Assembly: GCA_964591955.1 (NCBI GenBank)
Contig: CAZQBT010000005.1
Location: forward strand, 6,192-70,191
Direction of reading: 5' to 3'
From: an uncultured Brevinematales bacterium
GTDB lineage: Bacteria > Spirochaetota > Brevinematia > Brevinematales > CAZQBT01
Length of the DNA stretch: 64,000 bases
Below, in pieces: positions 1 to 8,462 of the stretch. The notes below the pieces were generated by a model. The model worked only from the letters and a program-made list of their open reading frames with translations, was not told where the DNA came from and did not search any database. The translations under genes and the position numbers were made by a program. Within the stretch, counting starts at the first letter, position 1. Each line of letters starts with the position of its first letter.

Positions 1-696
1 CCCGATACGTTTTTCTATAAGTTCGACAAGTTTATCTTCTATTTTTATACGGGCATCCTTTTGGACAGAACCGGCGGAATCGCAAAAAGTTTTGATAATC
101 TCCCTGTCTTTGGATGTGAATTTTTCGACGATATTGTCAATACCGTCAAAGCAATCAAGATTAATCTCCGGGACAGGCTTCGGTAAAAACACCTTTTTTT
201 CTGCAATAACAATAGTCCCCGCGACAATATCCCCGATACGCTTGTTTTTTTTGCTGATTATCATAGTAATAACGCCGACAAGATGGCTTATGGGAAGCAT
301 ATCAATAATCCTGAAAATATTGCGAAGAATAACGGCAAAAGCGTTGACATACGAACCGTCATCACGCACCACCCTGATATTGAGTATTCGCTTGCCCGGC
401 GTCTGCCCTTTCCAAACCAGTTCAAAAATCATACGATAAGCGGTAATAGCAATCCCTCCGAGCATAAGCAACACAAGAACTACAGCGGCATAAGAATCGG
501 TTTGGAACTGCACTATTTCATTAACGGCAATACCGCCCAAAATCAGCACAAAAATAATAATATAAAAGATAAAGAAAATCGCTCCCTGAATCAAAGCGTC
601 TAAAATAAAGGAAACAATTCTGTAAGAAATTCCCGCAATTTCAAAATTAACCTTAACCTTTTCGGAGGTTTGGTATTGCTCTAATTTTTTCGCCAT
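1..696 (-). CDS. RDD-family integral membrane protein (C-terminus runs off the left edge of the window)
   Basis: Not in the ORF track because it has no stop inside the window. Hand translation of the reverse strand from ATG 696-694 gives an open 232-codon frame: MAKKLEQYQTSEKVKVNFEIAGISYRIVSFILDALIQGAIFFIF...TPGKRILNIRVVRDDG...RIGDIVAGTIVIAEKK. It has TM helices plus the R..D..D pattern of RDD proteins. Track ORFs 92-439(+), 283-603(+) and 45-227(-) are shadow frames of it. Confidence 0.6.
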   Translation of the reverse strand, partial: MAKKLEQYQTSEKVKVNFEIAGISYRIVSFILDALIQGAIFFIFYIIIFVLILGGIAVNEIVQFQTDSYAAVVLVLLMLGGIAITAYRMIFELVWKGQTPGKRILNIRVVRDDGSYVNAFAVILRNIFRIIDMLPISHLVGVITMIISKKNKRIGDIVAGTIVIAEKKVFLPKPVPEINLDCFDGIDNIVEKFTSKDREIIKTFCDSAGSVQKDARIKIEDKLVELIEKRIG

Positions 697-750
697 AATA
701 TACCCGATTTAAAAAATTAAAATCCCCGATAAGCAAAAAACAGCATTGCT

Positions 751-1305
751 TCATAAAAGAGTGTAAAGCATCCCCTTTTTAAGTTTATCGGCTATCGACT
801 TATCGGCAAGCCTTTCAAGCAAGACAAAAGCAAACAAAGGCGCGGTAGCAGGACCCCTGCTTGTAATAATATTTCCGTCTATAACAACAAGGTCATCAAG
901 TTTTTGGACATTATCAAATCCGTCAAGACTACCCGGATATGAGGTGGCGCGTTTATTATCAAGAATACCCGCGACAGCAAGAACGGACGGGGCGGCGCAA
1001 ATAGCCGAAACGATTTTCCCTGTCTTATAAAACTCACGAACAAGCTCAATGACACGCGGATTGGCTTTAAGATTATTGGTTCCGGGCTGACCTCCGGGCA
1101 AAATAAGGGCATCAAATTCGTCCGACACAATATCAGCCAAATCCTTATCAACTAAGGTAATAATATCGTGAGCGCCGTTAACCTTATCGCCACCCGGGGT
1201 AACGGTAACCACATCAACGCCTCCGCGCCTCAAAATATCAATTACGCTGAAAGCCTCTATCTCCTCAAATCCGTTCATCAAAATAACAACTGCTTTTTTC
1301 CGCAT
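751..1305 (-). CDS. DJ-1/PfpI (YajL/ThiJ-like) family protein
   Basis: MRKKAVVILMNGFEEIEAF...ALILPGGQPG...GKIVSAICAAPSVL shows the DJ-1 fold with the nucleophile-elbow Cys. Start moved to ATG 1305, which has GGAGG 8 nt upstream; the track start is a TTG. Confidence 0.85.
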   Translation of the reverse strand: MRKKAVVILMNGFEEIEAFSVIDILRRGGVDVVTVTPGGDKVNGAHDIITLVDKDLADIVSDEFDALILPGGQPGTNNLKANPRVIELVREFYKTGKIVSAICAAPSVLAVAGILDNKRATSYPGSLDGFDNVQKLDDLVVIDGNIITSRGPATAPLFAFVLLERLADKSIADKLKKGMLYTLL

Positions 1306-1328
1306 AACCAAAACCTCCCGATACTAAA

Positions 1329-2033
1329 CTATGTATCTTCCGATAACGGCTTTTCCGTATCCGAAATAGTTGCATCGGTTTTCGAATCGTCTTTTTCGAT
1401 AATTTCTTTAGGTTCCGCTTTCACATCCGGTTTCAGCGTTTTTTCCTTAGGCTTACTTCTCATAGAAGCCCTTTCAATACCGAAAAATACCGATACGTTA
1501 AACCATGATACGAACCTGCCATCAACCAAATCGTAATAGTATATCTGATGATAAGAAACAGCCGGCTCAATAACAATCCTGAATTGCGCTTCAAAAATAT
1601 CAAACCGCAGACGGGAAAATTTATACCCTGCACGTATAGCATACCCGCCGGCAAAATTGATACGGTAAGGGTCAAGCCCCAATTCCTCAGGCAAATTATA
1701 ATAAGGCATATTCACAACCGCCCCGTTGAGTTTTAAACCTGCAAATGCACCATCCATCCTGCCGTTACGACTAAAATAGTAGCGGGGTTCAAACCCCAAA
1801 TCAAAAAGAAATGCGCTTCCGTAGGTGTCGGGACGTCCTATATGAAAAAATTCGCTAAACCCGAAAGAACTTGAAAAGCTAAGCGAAGGGGTAATACCCC
1901 ATTCGTAACGCACACCGATAATCCAGTTGCCCGCATTACCCCCCTCAAAAAAAGTTGACTGCGGTATCTCGGGATAAACTGCGCTAAACAAAACAAACAT
2001 CAGGAATAGAAAAACAAAAAATCTTATTTTCAT
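1329..2033 (-). CDS. Secreted hypothetical protein, possible small beta-barrel OMP
   Basis: Signal peptide MKIRFFVFLFLMFVLFSAV. Gly/aromatic-rich alternating segments and a charged C-terminal tail. No family recognised. Confidence 0.4.
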   Translation of the reverse strand: MKIRFFVFLFLMFVLFSAVYPEIPQSTFFEGGNAGNWIIGVRYEWGITPSLSFSSSFGFSEFFHIGRPDTYGSAFLFDLGFEPRYYFSRNGRMDGAFAGLKLNGAVVNMPYYNLPEELGLDPYRINFAGGYAIRAGYKFSRLRFDIFEAQFRIVIEPAVSYHQIYYYDLVDGRFVSWFNVSVFFGIERASMRSKPKEKTLKPDVKAEPKEIIEKDDSKTDATISDTEKPLSEDT

Positions 2034-2042
2034 CTTCCACCC

Positions 2043-3347
2043 TTACTTAATTTTGGCATAAAATAATTTTATTTCCGCAGGTTGGAGATGGTATTCAAAA
2101 TTTACTTCGGGAACAAACTCCATACGGTTTTCAACAGAAAGGTCGATAATCTTAGAACCTTTTGCAACCCCCAAAGCCTCAAAAAACCTGCCGTAAAAAA
2201 CTCTCTGCCCGTTGTGAAAATCCTTATTGAGAACGATAAGCGCCTTCTCTTTGCCGTCGCAAGATGTTTTACGCATAACTATTATATTAACCCAGTTGTC
2301 GTTATCTATAATCGTAATAGGCGATTCTTCATTAAATATTTTATATTTTTTTCTCGTGTTATTGATTTCTCGGATAAAGCCGGTGAGGTCATAGTTCACA
2401 TCCTCCCAGTCGTTGGGACCGGTTCTAACCACATCGGTTTTATTCTTAAACCCGAATTCAAATCCAACGGGAATCATCCATCCGCTTGAGAAAAACCCCG
2501 AAAAAAACGTCCTTTGCTTAATACCGGGCATAAAATTCTGAAGCTCATCGGCAAGTCGAATAGTATCGTGGGATTCGGGAAAAGATATGGACGGGGCGTG
2601 TTCACGAACTTGATTATATTGCTTTAAAAGCCAGTCATCCTGAAAATTCCACCATTTGGAGCTGTTAAAAACATAGTCAAACCCCGACTTGGCAAGTTCA
2701 AGAGTTTCTTCGGGAGAGCATCCGAGACTCTCCGCAAAAAATTTCACATCAGGGTTTTTGGATTTTGCAGTGGAAATAAGATACTCCCACAGTTCCGAAG
2801 GAACGGCATAGGCGGCATCCGCCCTAAACCCGTCAAACCCCTTGTCGATATAAAAAACGACAAGTTCTTTCCAATACTCCCAAAGATTTTTCTTATCGGG
2901 AGATTCGGCATTGTCGATTTCCGCAAGGTCTCCCCATTCAATATAGCTCCCGTCGCTCCAAGCGCCCGGGCTTTTAATCTCACCCTTTTTATCGCGCTGA
3001 TACCAGTCACGATTTTTTTTAGTAAACGGATGGTCTTTAGCGGTGTGATTAATTACCAAATCCATCATAATTTTCAAGCCCTTTTTATGTGCCGAGGCAA
3101 CCATATTTTCAAGTTGTTTCATAGGGGGAATATTTGAACTTACATCTATAAACATCGGGTTGAAATCATAATAATCCTTGGGAGCATAAAGACTTCCGGA
3201 AAAACCCGGGTAATGGAACGGGTTTACATAAATCCAGTTAAAACCCAAATCCTTTGCCCTGTCGAAATGGTTATCCCATAAAGCCATCTTGCCGACAAGA
3301 CGCGGGAAAAGATTATAAATCCTTGCGCCTTCTTTTATACTCGCCAT
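2043..3347 (-). CDS. Glycoside hydrolase family 13 (alpha-amylase / GlgE-like catalytic core)
   Basis: GH13 signature regions: DLVINHTAKDHPF, GFDGFRADAAYAVP (nucleophile Asp), FFAESLG (acid/base Glu), FPESHDT. The N-terminal YNLFPRL motif resembles GlgE-type enzymes. Start set to ATG 3347 (GGGGAG 7 nt upstream). Confidence 0.8.
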   Translation of the reverse strand: MASIKEGARIYNLFPRLVGKMALWDNHFDRAKDLGFNWIYVNPFHYPGFSGSLYAPKDYYDFNPMFIDVSSNIPPMKQLENMVASAHKKGLKIMMDLVINHTAKDHPFTKKNRDWYQRDKKGEIKSPGAWSDGSYIEWGDLAEIDNAESPDKKNLWEYWKELVVFYIDKGFDGFRADAAYAVPSELWEYLISTAKSKNPDVKFFAESLGCSPEETLELAKSGFDYVFNSSKWWNFQDDWLLKQYNQVREHAPSISFPESHDTIRLADELQNFMPGIKQRTFFSGFFSSGWMIPVGFEFGFKNKTDVVRTGPNDWEDVNYDLTGFIREINNTRKKYKIFNEESPITIIDNDNWVNIIVMRKTSCDGKEKALIVLNKDFHNGQRVFYGRFFEALGVAKGSKIIDLSVENRMEFVPEVNFEYHLQPAEIKLFYAKIK

Positions 3348-3546
3348 ATAAAAACTCCCCTTCATTAATATTTAAGTTACGCTGTAAATCGCTTATCTAA
3401 AGCATAACGACCTTACCTATTATTTTAAGATGAATCCGAATAAAAGTCCAACAATCAGGCGGGATTTGTGAGGTATAAAAATCTATCAATTAAGATGACA
3501 TTTCATAAATTATGCTTTATAATTATCGATAAGAATTTCAATCAAA

Positions 3547-6525
3547 ATGGAGAAAGATTTGCTTCATAAACCTTTGGCTGCAATTTTTGTTTTTATCCTT
3601 ACAACGATATGTTTTTCAAATATATTTGCCGAAACAACCAACGAGGCAACAGTCTCCGGTCCTCCCCGTTTGGAAGAACTCACCGATATAAGTACGGCAA
3701 GCCCGCACGAAAATATAATTTTCGATAATTACGATGAGGTTTATATCAAAAACTTTGAAAAAGAAAAAATCAGCGAAATTCATTTTATAGGCAACGTTCA
3801 AATTCGCTTTCAAAATAATTTGCTTAAAGCAAGAAAAGTTGTCATAACGGTTAAAGATGATAAGGTGCTTGAAATAGCCGCTTTCGACCGCGTTGAAATG
3901 CATTACGAAAAAGATATATATCTTGCAGATGAGATAATATTCGACCCGAACAAAGAAAGAGGCGTTCTTATAAATATGCGTTCCTACCTTCAGGATATGG
4001 GAGCAGGTCCTATGGGGTCAACGGTGGGATGGTATTACTCGGCAAAAAGGGCAACCATTATGTCCGCAAACCGGTTTATTTTTGAAGATGCCGTCTTTAC
4101 AACCAGCGACAGAAAATATCCCCCCTATTCATTTTCCGCAAAGCGGGGATGGCTTATCAGGGATACGCTGATGTTTGCAAGTAGCGTAACTTATACCGTA
4201 GCTCAGGCGGATTTTCTGTGGATTCCTTTTTTCTTCCGATGGGAAAGAGGAACCGGTATCAGAACCGCTTTCGGGCAGGAAAAACGTATCGGATGGTATA
4301 TGATGAATAGTTTCGGCACAAAGACTTCCTACGGTCAATACGATTTCGGCTTGGATTTCTATGAAAGATTAGGCGAATATTTCCTTATGAATTACCGTTC
4401 ATCTAAAGCTATGGGACCCATAAAAAATCTTTCGGTAAATTTACAGGCGGCAAATGATATTCGTATAATTCGCAATCAAGCCACAGACAGATATTACCAA
4501 CTAATCGACCCGATGAGAGACGGCAACTTCCGGATTATCCGCCAATTTTCTTGGCAATACAGGATAAATTCTACCATAGGCACGGATGCATATAATATAA
4601 GCATATACTGGGAAAACCTTAACGACCCGTTCCTGCAAGGCAAATACACAACAAGAAAAAGCGACTTTGACTTAAAAGAGGTAATCCAACCGGAAGAAAC
4701 ATCTTTTTATAATTATGGAGGCGATGCTTCCGCGCCTACTCGCTCTTTCAGCAGAGGTTTTGACCTGAGAGCGGGTAATTTTTCTATGAACGGGCGATGG
4801 AACTATATCCAAAATGTTGTTCCGGAGGTTACCAATACTTATCTAAACGAAAGATACGAATATATCGTGGACAGAGTTTCGCTGCCCAATATGAGCTATA
4901 ATCTCGGAAGATTAGACCTGTTCAAAAACGTCAAATATAATGTACCCATATCCCGCAAACTTGAAATAGACGGCACAAATTATATTATCGGGGTTAATGA
5001 AGATATTGCTCCATATCTCGAAAAACATCTTAAAGCCCCTGAAAAAACAAAGGCTAAGATACCGACGGAGTTCACAAACGAAACCTCTACTAATACAAAT
5101 TTAATATCCACAAATAGAATAGACGAACCGAAAAAAACACGTCCGAAAGTCGCCGAAAAAACCGAACCGTCATATAAAATGACCACCAATTCCTTTTCCT
5201 TTTATGATTTCTCATCACACGTTACCGCGAATTTCAATTATACATCAACGGAAAGTTTAGAAACCAACGGCGACCCTAAATCCGACCAATACGAACATAC
5301 GGAAAGAGGAACTTGGGTAATAGCGGGCTCAATATTAAACGGTTTATTCGGCCTAAACAACACTATGACACTTGTTAATCGTAAGAAATGGTCAAGTTTT
5401 GAAGCTGAAAAATTAAGCCATGAGAACTATTCCGGTGCTGAATTATCTACCGCGTCAACTGCAACATTTAATAAAACAGGCACCCTGCTTAAAGACCATC
5501 CGCTTGAAATAAAATTCCCGTTAAACGCACAACATTTTTTCAATTACCAAATCATCAGAACAACCTATACCACCACGCCGCGAGAAATGAAACATAATTC
5601 CACTCTTACCACCGGGTTTAATATGTTTAAAAACGACCTAAATTTTTCCATCAGCGCCAACCATAATCTGACTATTCAGGTTACAAACGATTTTGAAGAA
5701 TTGGAACGACTTAATACAAATTATATAGATAACAGATCATACCAAAGGTTAGGCGTTAAAACCTCGCTAAAACTTTTCTTTGTTACGGCATCAACGGGCG
5801 TTACGTTTGATATTCTCGAAACTATCGACAAGCCTATGGAATGGACTATTGAAGAACTGACCAACCGTATCGTGGGCGGAAATCCCCGTCTAACAGTCAA
5901 ATTTGACCCAATGACTTATATCGAAAAATTCGTTAATATCAATCTTCCTACTTTAAGCGGAACCTATGTTTACGACATACTCCAGAATACCAACGTATCG
6001 TTTAACCTAAACGCGGGATATACTGTAAGAAGCGTATCCCTGCCTATACTATATGAACTCTCCGAATTAAGGGTATCCGCAAATTACCGTCATGATTATC
6101 TTTCCCCGAAGTCCTCATATTTTAATATGACTTTTGCAACAACAATAATGTTCAGCAAATACTGGAAATTAACCTTTTCTACTTCCGTAAGAAACAATAA
6201 TCTTTACCGCTATTATCCCGAAAACGCGGAACGGTTTAACGAACCTTATATCCCGTTTTGGGAAAATTTATTCGATAGCGTGAATATATTTGATTATGAG
6301 GCGTTAAAACGGGGATTATTCAAGGTGCAGACGCTTAATTTTGACCTTGTGCATTTCTTGGATGATTGGCAGATGCATCTTAAATTTAACATAAACAGAA
6401 GATTAGACTCTGCAAGAAGAATCGCATACTGGGAACCCGAAATCAGGGTTGAGTTTGTTCTTTCGGGAACAAGCGAGCAATTCCCGCCATATACAAAGAA
6501 ATTCGTGCCTGAAGAATACCAGTAA
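3547..6525 (+). CDS. Large outer-membrane protein, LptD/OstA-like
   Basis: 992 aa with a signal peptide. The N-terminal segment (IHFIGNVQIRFQNNLLKARKVVITVKDDKVLEIAAFDRVEMHY...ADEIIFDPN) resembles the OstA/LptA beta-jellyroll. The long Tyr/Asn/Phe-rich C-terminal part is typical of a large beta-barrel. Assignment is from pattern only. Confidence 0.45.
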   Translation: MEKDLLHKPLAAIFVFILTTICFSNIFAETTNEATVSGPPRLEELTDISTASPHENIIFDNYDEVYIKNFEKEKISEIHFIGNVQIRFQNNLLKARKVVITVKDDKVLEIAAFDRVEMHYEKDIYLADEIIFDPNKERGVLINMRSYLQDMGAGPMGSTVGWYYSAKRATIMSANRFIFEDAVFTTSDRKYPPYSFSAKRGWLIRDTLMFASSVTYTVAQADFLWIPFFFRWERGTGIRTAFGQEKRIGWYMMNSFGTKTSYGQYDFGLDFYERLGEYFLMNYRSSKAMGPIKNLSVNLQAANDIRIIRNQATDRYYQLIDPMRDGNFRIIRQFSWQYRINSTIGTDAYNISIYWENLNDPFLQGKYTTRKSDFDLKEVIQPEETSFYNYGGDASAPTRSFSRGFDLRAGNFSMNGRWNYIQNVVPEVTNTYLNERYEYIVDRVSLPNMSYNLGRLDLFKNVKYNVPISRKLEIDGTNYIIGVNEDIAPYLEKHLKAPEKTKAKIPTEFTNETSTNTNLISTNRIDEPKKTRPKVAEKTEPSYKMTTNSFSFYDFSSHVTANFNYTSTESLETNGDPKSDQYEHTERGTWVIAGSILNGLFGLNNTMTLVNRKKWSSFEAEKLSHENYSGAELSTASTATFNKTGTLLKDHPLEIKFPLNAQHFFNYQIIRTTYTTTPREMKHNSTLTTGFNMFKNDLNFSISANHNLTIQVTNDFEELERLNTNYIDNRSYQRLGVKTSLKLFFVTASTGVTFDILETIDKPMEWTIEELTNRIVGGNPRLTVKFDPMTYIEKFVNINLPTLSGTYVYDILQNTNVSFNLNAGYTVRSVSLPILYELSELRVSANYRHDYLSPKSSYFNMTFATTIMFSKYWKLTFSTSVRNNNLYRYYPENAERFNEPYIPFWENLFDSVNIFDYEALKRGLFKVQTLNFDLVHFLDDWQMHLKFNINRRLDSARRIAYWEPEIRVEFVLSGTSEQFPPYTKKFVPEEYQ

Positions 6526-6535
6526 GGCGGTTTCT

Positions 6536-7648
6536 ATGAAATTCAAGCTAACCGCTTCCGACAACCGCGCCCGCGCAGGTGTTTTAAGTCTCTCTCACGG
6601 GGATATTCCCACTCCCGTATTTATGCCAGTCGGGACACAGGCTACGGTAAAAACCGTTTCTCCCGATGAACTTATAGATATGGGTGCAAATATTATACTC
6701 TCCAATGCCTATCATCTCTACCTGAGACCGGGTATTGAGGTTATAGAAAATGCCGGGGGTATCCATCGCTTTATGAACTGGGAAAAAAACGTGCTTACCG
6801 ACAGCGGGGGTTTCCAGATATTTTCACTTGCCCGCCTTAATTCCATCACCGATGAAGGTGCAACGTTCCAATCTCATATAGACGGGTCGCGTCATTTTAT
6901 TAATCCCGAAAAGGCAATGCAAATCCAAAACTCCATAGGCGCGGATATAATTATGTGTTTCGATGAGTGCGTTCCCTCCGATGCCGGCAAGGAACGCTCC
7001 CTTGAAGCCCTGATACGAACTACCGGATGGGCAAAGCGATGTAAAACCGAGCTTGCACGCCTTAATCCCTCCGACCGTTACCTCTTCGGGATTGTGCAGG
7101 GTGGAATTTTCGAGGATTTAAGACGACGAAGCAGTCGCGAACTTATTGATATAGATTTTCCCGGCTATGCAATCGGGGGACTTTCGGTCGGCGAGGAGCG
7201 CGATATTATGTATGATATGTTGTGGGTTATGGATGAGGAACTGCCTGAAAACAAGCCCCGCTACCTTATGGGCGTAGGGGTGCCGGAGGATATTCTTGAG
7301 GCTGTTGAGCGCGGGGTTGATATGTTCGACTGCGTTTTCCCTACGCGCGCGGGTAGGCATTCCACCGCCTTTTCGCGAAGGGGCAAACTACCCCTTAAAA
7401 ACAAGGAGTTTGAGTTTGACCTGAACCCTATTGACAAGGAATGCTCCTGCTATACCTGTCGTAATTTCTCCCTGTCGTATATACGCCACCTGTTTATGGC
7501 GAAGGAAATGCTCGCTATGAGACTTACCGCGCTCCATAACCTTCATTTTCTCTTAGACTTAACCGCACAGGCAAGACAGGCAATCATTGATGGAAGGTTC
7601 AAGGCATTCAAGGATGAGTTTTTATCCCGTTATCTTGCAAAGAATTAA
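6536..7648 (+). CDS. tgt: Queuine tRNA-ribosyltransferase
   Basis: MKFKLTASDNRARAGVLSLSHGDIPTPVFMPVGTQATVK...LTDSGGFQ...GLSVGE...CSCYTCRNFSLSYIRHL (Zn site) gives full-length Tgt motifs. Start is ATG 6536, 8 nt after the upstream stop. Confidence 0.92.
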   Translation: MKFKLTASDNRARAGVLSLSHGDIPTPVFMPVGTQATVKTVSPDELIDMGANIILSNAYHLYLRPGIEVIENAGGIHRFMNWEKNVLTDSGGFQIFSLARLNSITDEGATFQSHIDGSRHFINPEKAMQIQNSIGADIIMCFDECVPSDAGKERSLEALIRTTGWAKRCKTELARLNPSDRYLFGIVQGGIFEDLRRRSSRELIDIDFPGYAIGGLSVGEERDIMYDMLWVMDEELPENKPRYLMGVGVPEDILEAVERGVDMFDCVFPTRAGRHSTAFSRRGKLPLKNKEFEFDLNPIDKECSCYTCRNFSLSYIRHLFMAKEMLAMRLTALHNLHFLLDLTAQARQAIIDGRFKAFKDEFLSRYLAKN

Positions 7649-8395
7649 CTATTCCTGCGGATTCCTGTTCGACCCGAAAATAGCCAACAAAGTTATCACG
7701 TAAATCATCGCAGCTAAAATCGGGGGAAATATCTTTAAAATATGTAATACAATGGTTACCGCCAATATAATCAAAAAAACAGGTCTTTTAAATAAACTTT
7801 TCCCTAATAAAATTACCGCAAAAATAAAAGCTACAATCATCAATATCATCAAAATCCAGTTACCGACAGACGGCAGAATTTCACGAATAGGATTGCCAAT
7901 CCTAACCATTAAATGCCCGAAAGGCGTCAGGTATTCCAATTCGTTGAGATGGTTTAACGCGTATTCCGAATAACGAAGGATTATTGCATTAATATCGCCG
8001 GTTTCATTGTAAGATAAGGCTATCTCACGAAGTTTCTCCTCTGCGGCTTGCGAATATAGATTATCAGGCTCATACGCAAAATGATAATCCACCCTGTCGG
8101 AATAAAAAACAAAAATTGATATGGATTTCCTTTTTCGCGCAACCGACAAAAGTTTATCAACGGAATTTGAAATAATCTCATTGAAATTGGTTTCTCTCTC
8201 AAGACTGAAAATATAGATATAGGTATCCGCATTGTGCCTGCTGTCTATCTCAACGATATTTTTATATATCAGTTCCCGTGTTTCGGTATCAAGAAGCCAC
8301 ATCCCGCGGTTGAAGTATTTGGTAAGAGAGGCAAAAACCGTAGTCGAGAAAAAGACAAAAACCGAAACAAAAAAAACGAGTTTGATTGATTTCAT
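7649..8395 (-). CDS. Membrane protein, weakly TPM-domain-like (signal peptide, soluble domain, C-terminal TM helices)
   Basis: Signal peptide, a roughly 150-aa domain with alternating beta/alpha pattern, then 2-3 hydrophobic helices (WILMILMIVAFIFAVILL, VFLIILAVTIVLHIL). Family call is tentative. Confidence 0.35.
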   Translation of the reverse strand: MKSIKLVFFVSVFVFFSTTVFASLTKYFNRGMWLLDTETRELIYKNIVEIDSRHNADTYIYIFSLERETNFNEIISNSVDKLLSVARKRKSISIFVFYSDRVDYHFAYEPDNLYSQAAEEKLREIALSYNETGDINAIILRYSEYALNHLNELEYLTPFGHLMVRIGNPIREILPSVGNWILMILMIVAFIFAVILLGKSLFKRPVFLIILAVTIVLHILKIFPPILAAMIYVITLLAIFGSNRNPQE

Positions 8396-8414
8396 TTATC
8401 ACTCCCGATAAATT

Positions 8415-8447
8415 AAAAAAGACGGAGCTAAAAAGCTCCGCCTTTTT
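8415..8447 (-). terminator. Rho-independent terminator downstream of the pullulanase gene
   Basis: Stem CGGAGCT/AGCTCCG (8423-8429 / 8434-8440) with an AAAA loop. Flanked by an A-run on + (a T-run on the minus strand) and a T-run on +, so it could act in both directions. Confidence 0.5.
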
Positions 8448-8462
8448 ATATAAAGCAATAAA

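Noticed and set aside
45-603. Track ORFs 92-439(+), 283-603(+) and 45-227(-) at the left edge
   Set aside because: They are superseded by a continuous 232-codon minus-strand frame (1-696). That frame has RDD-family features and a proper ATG, but is missing from the track because it has no stop in the window.
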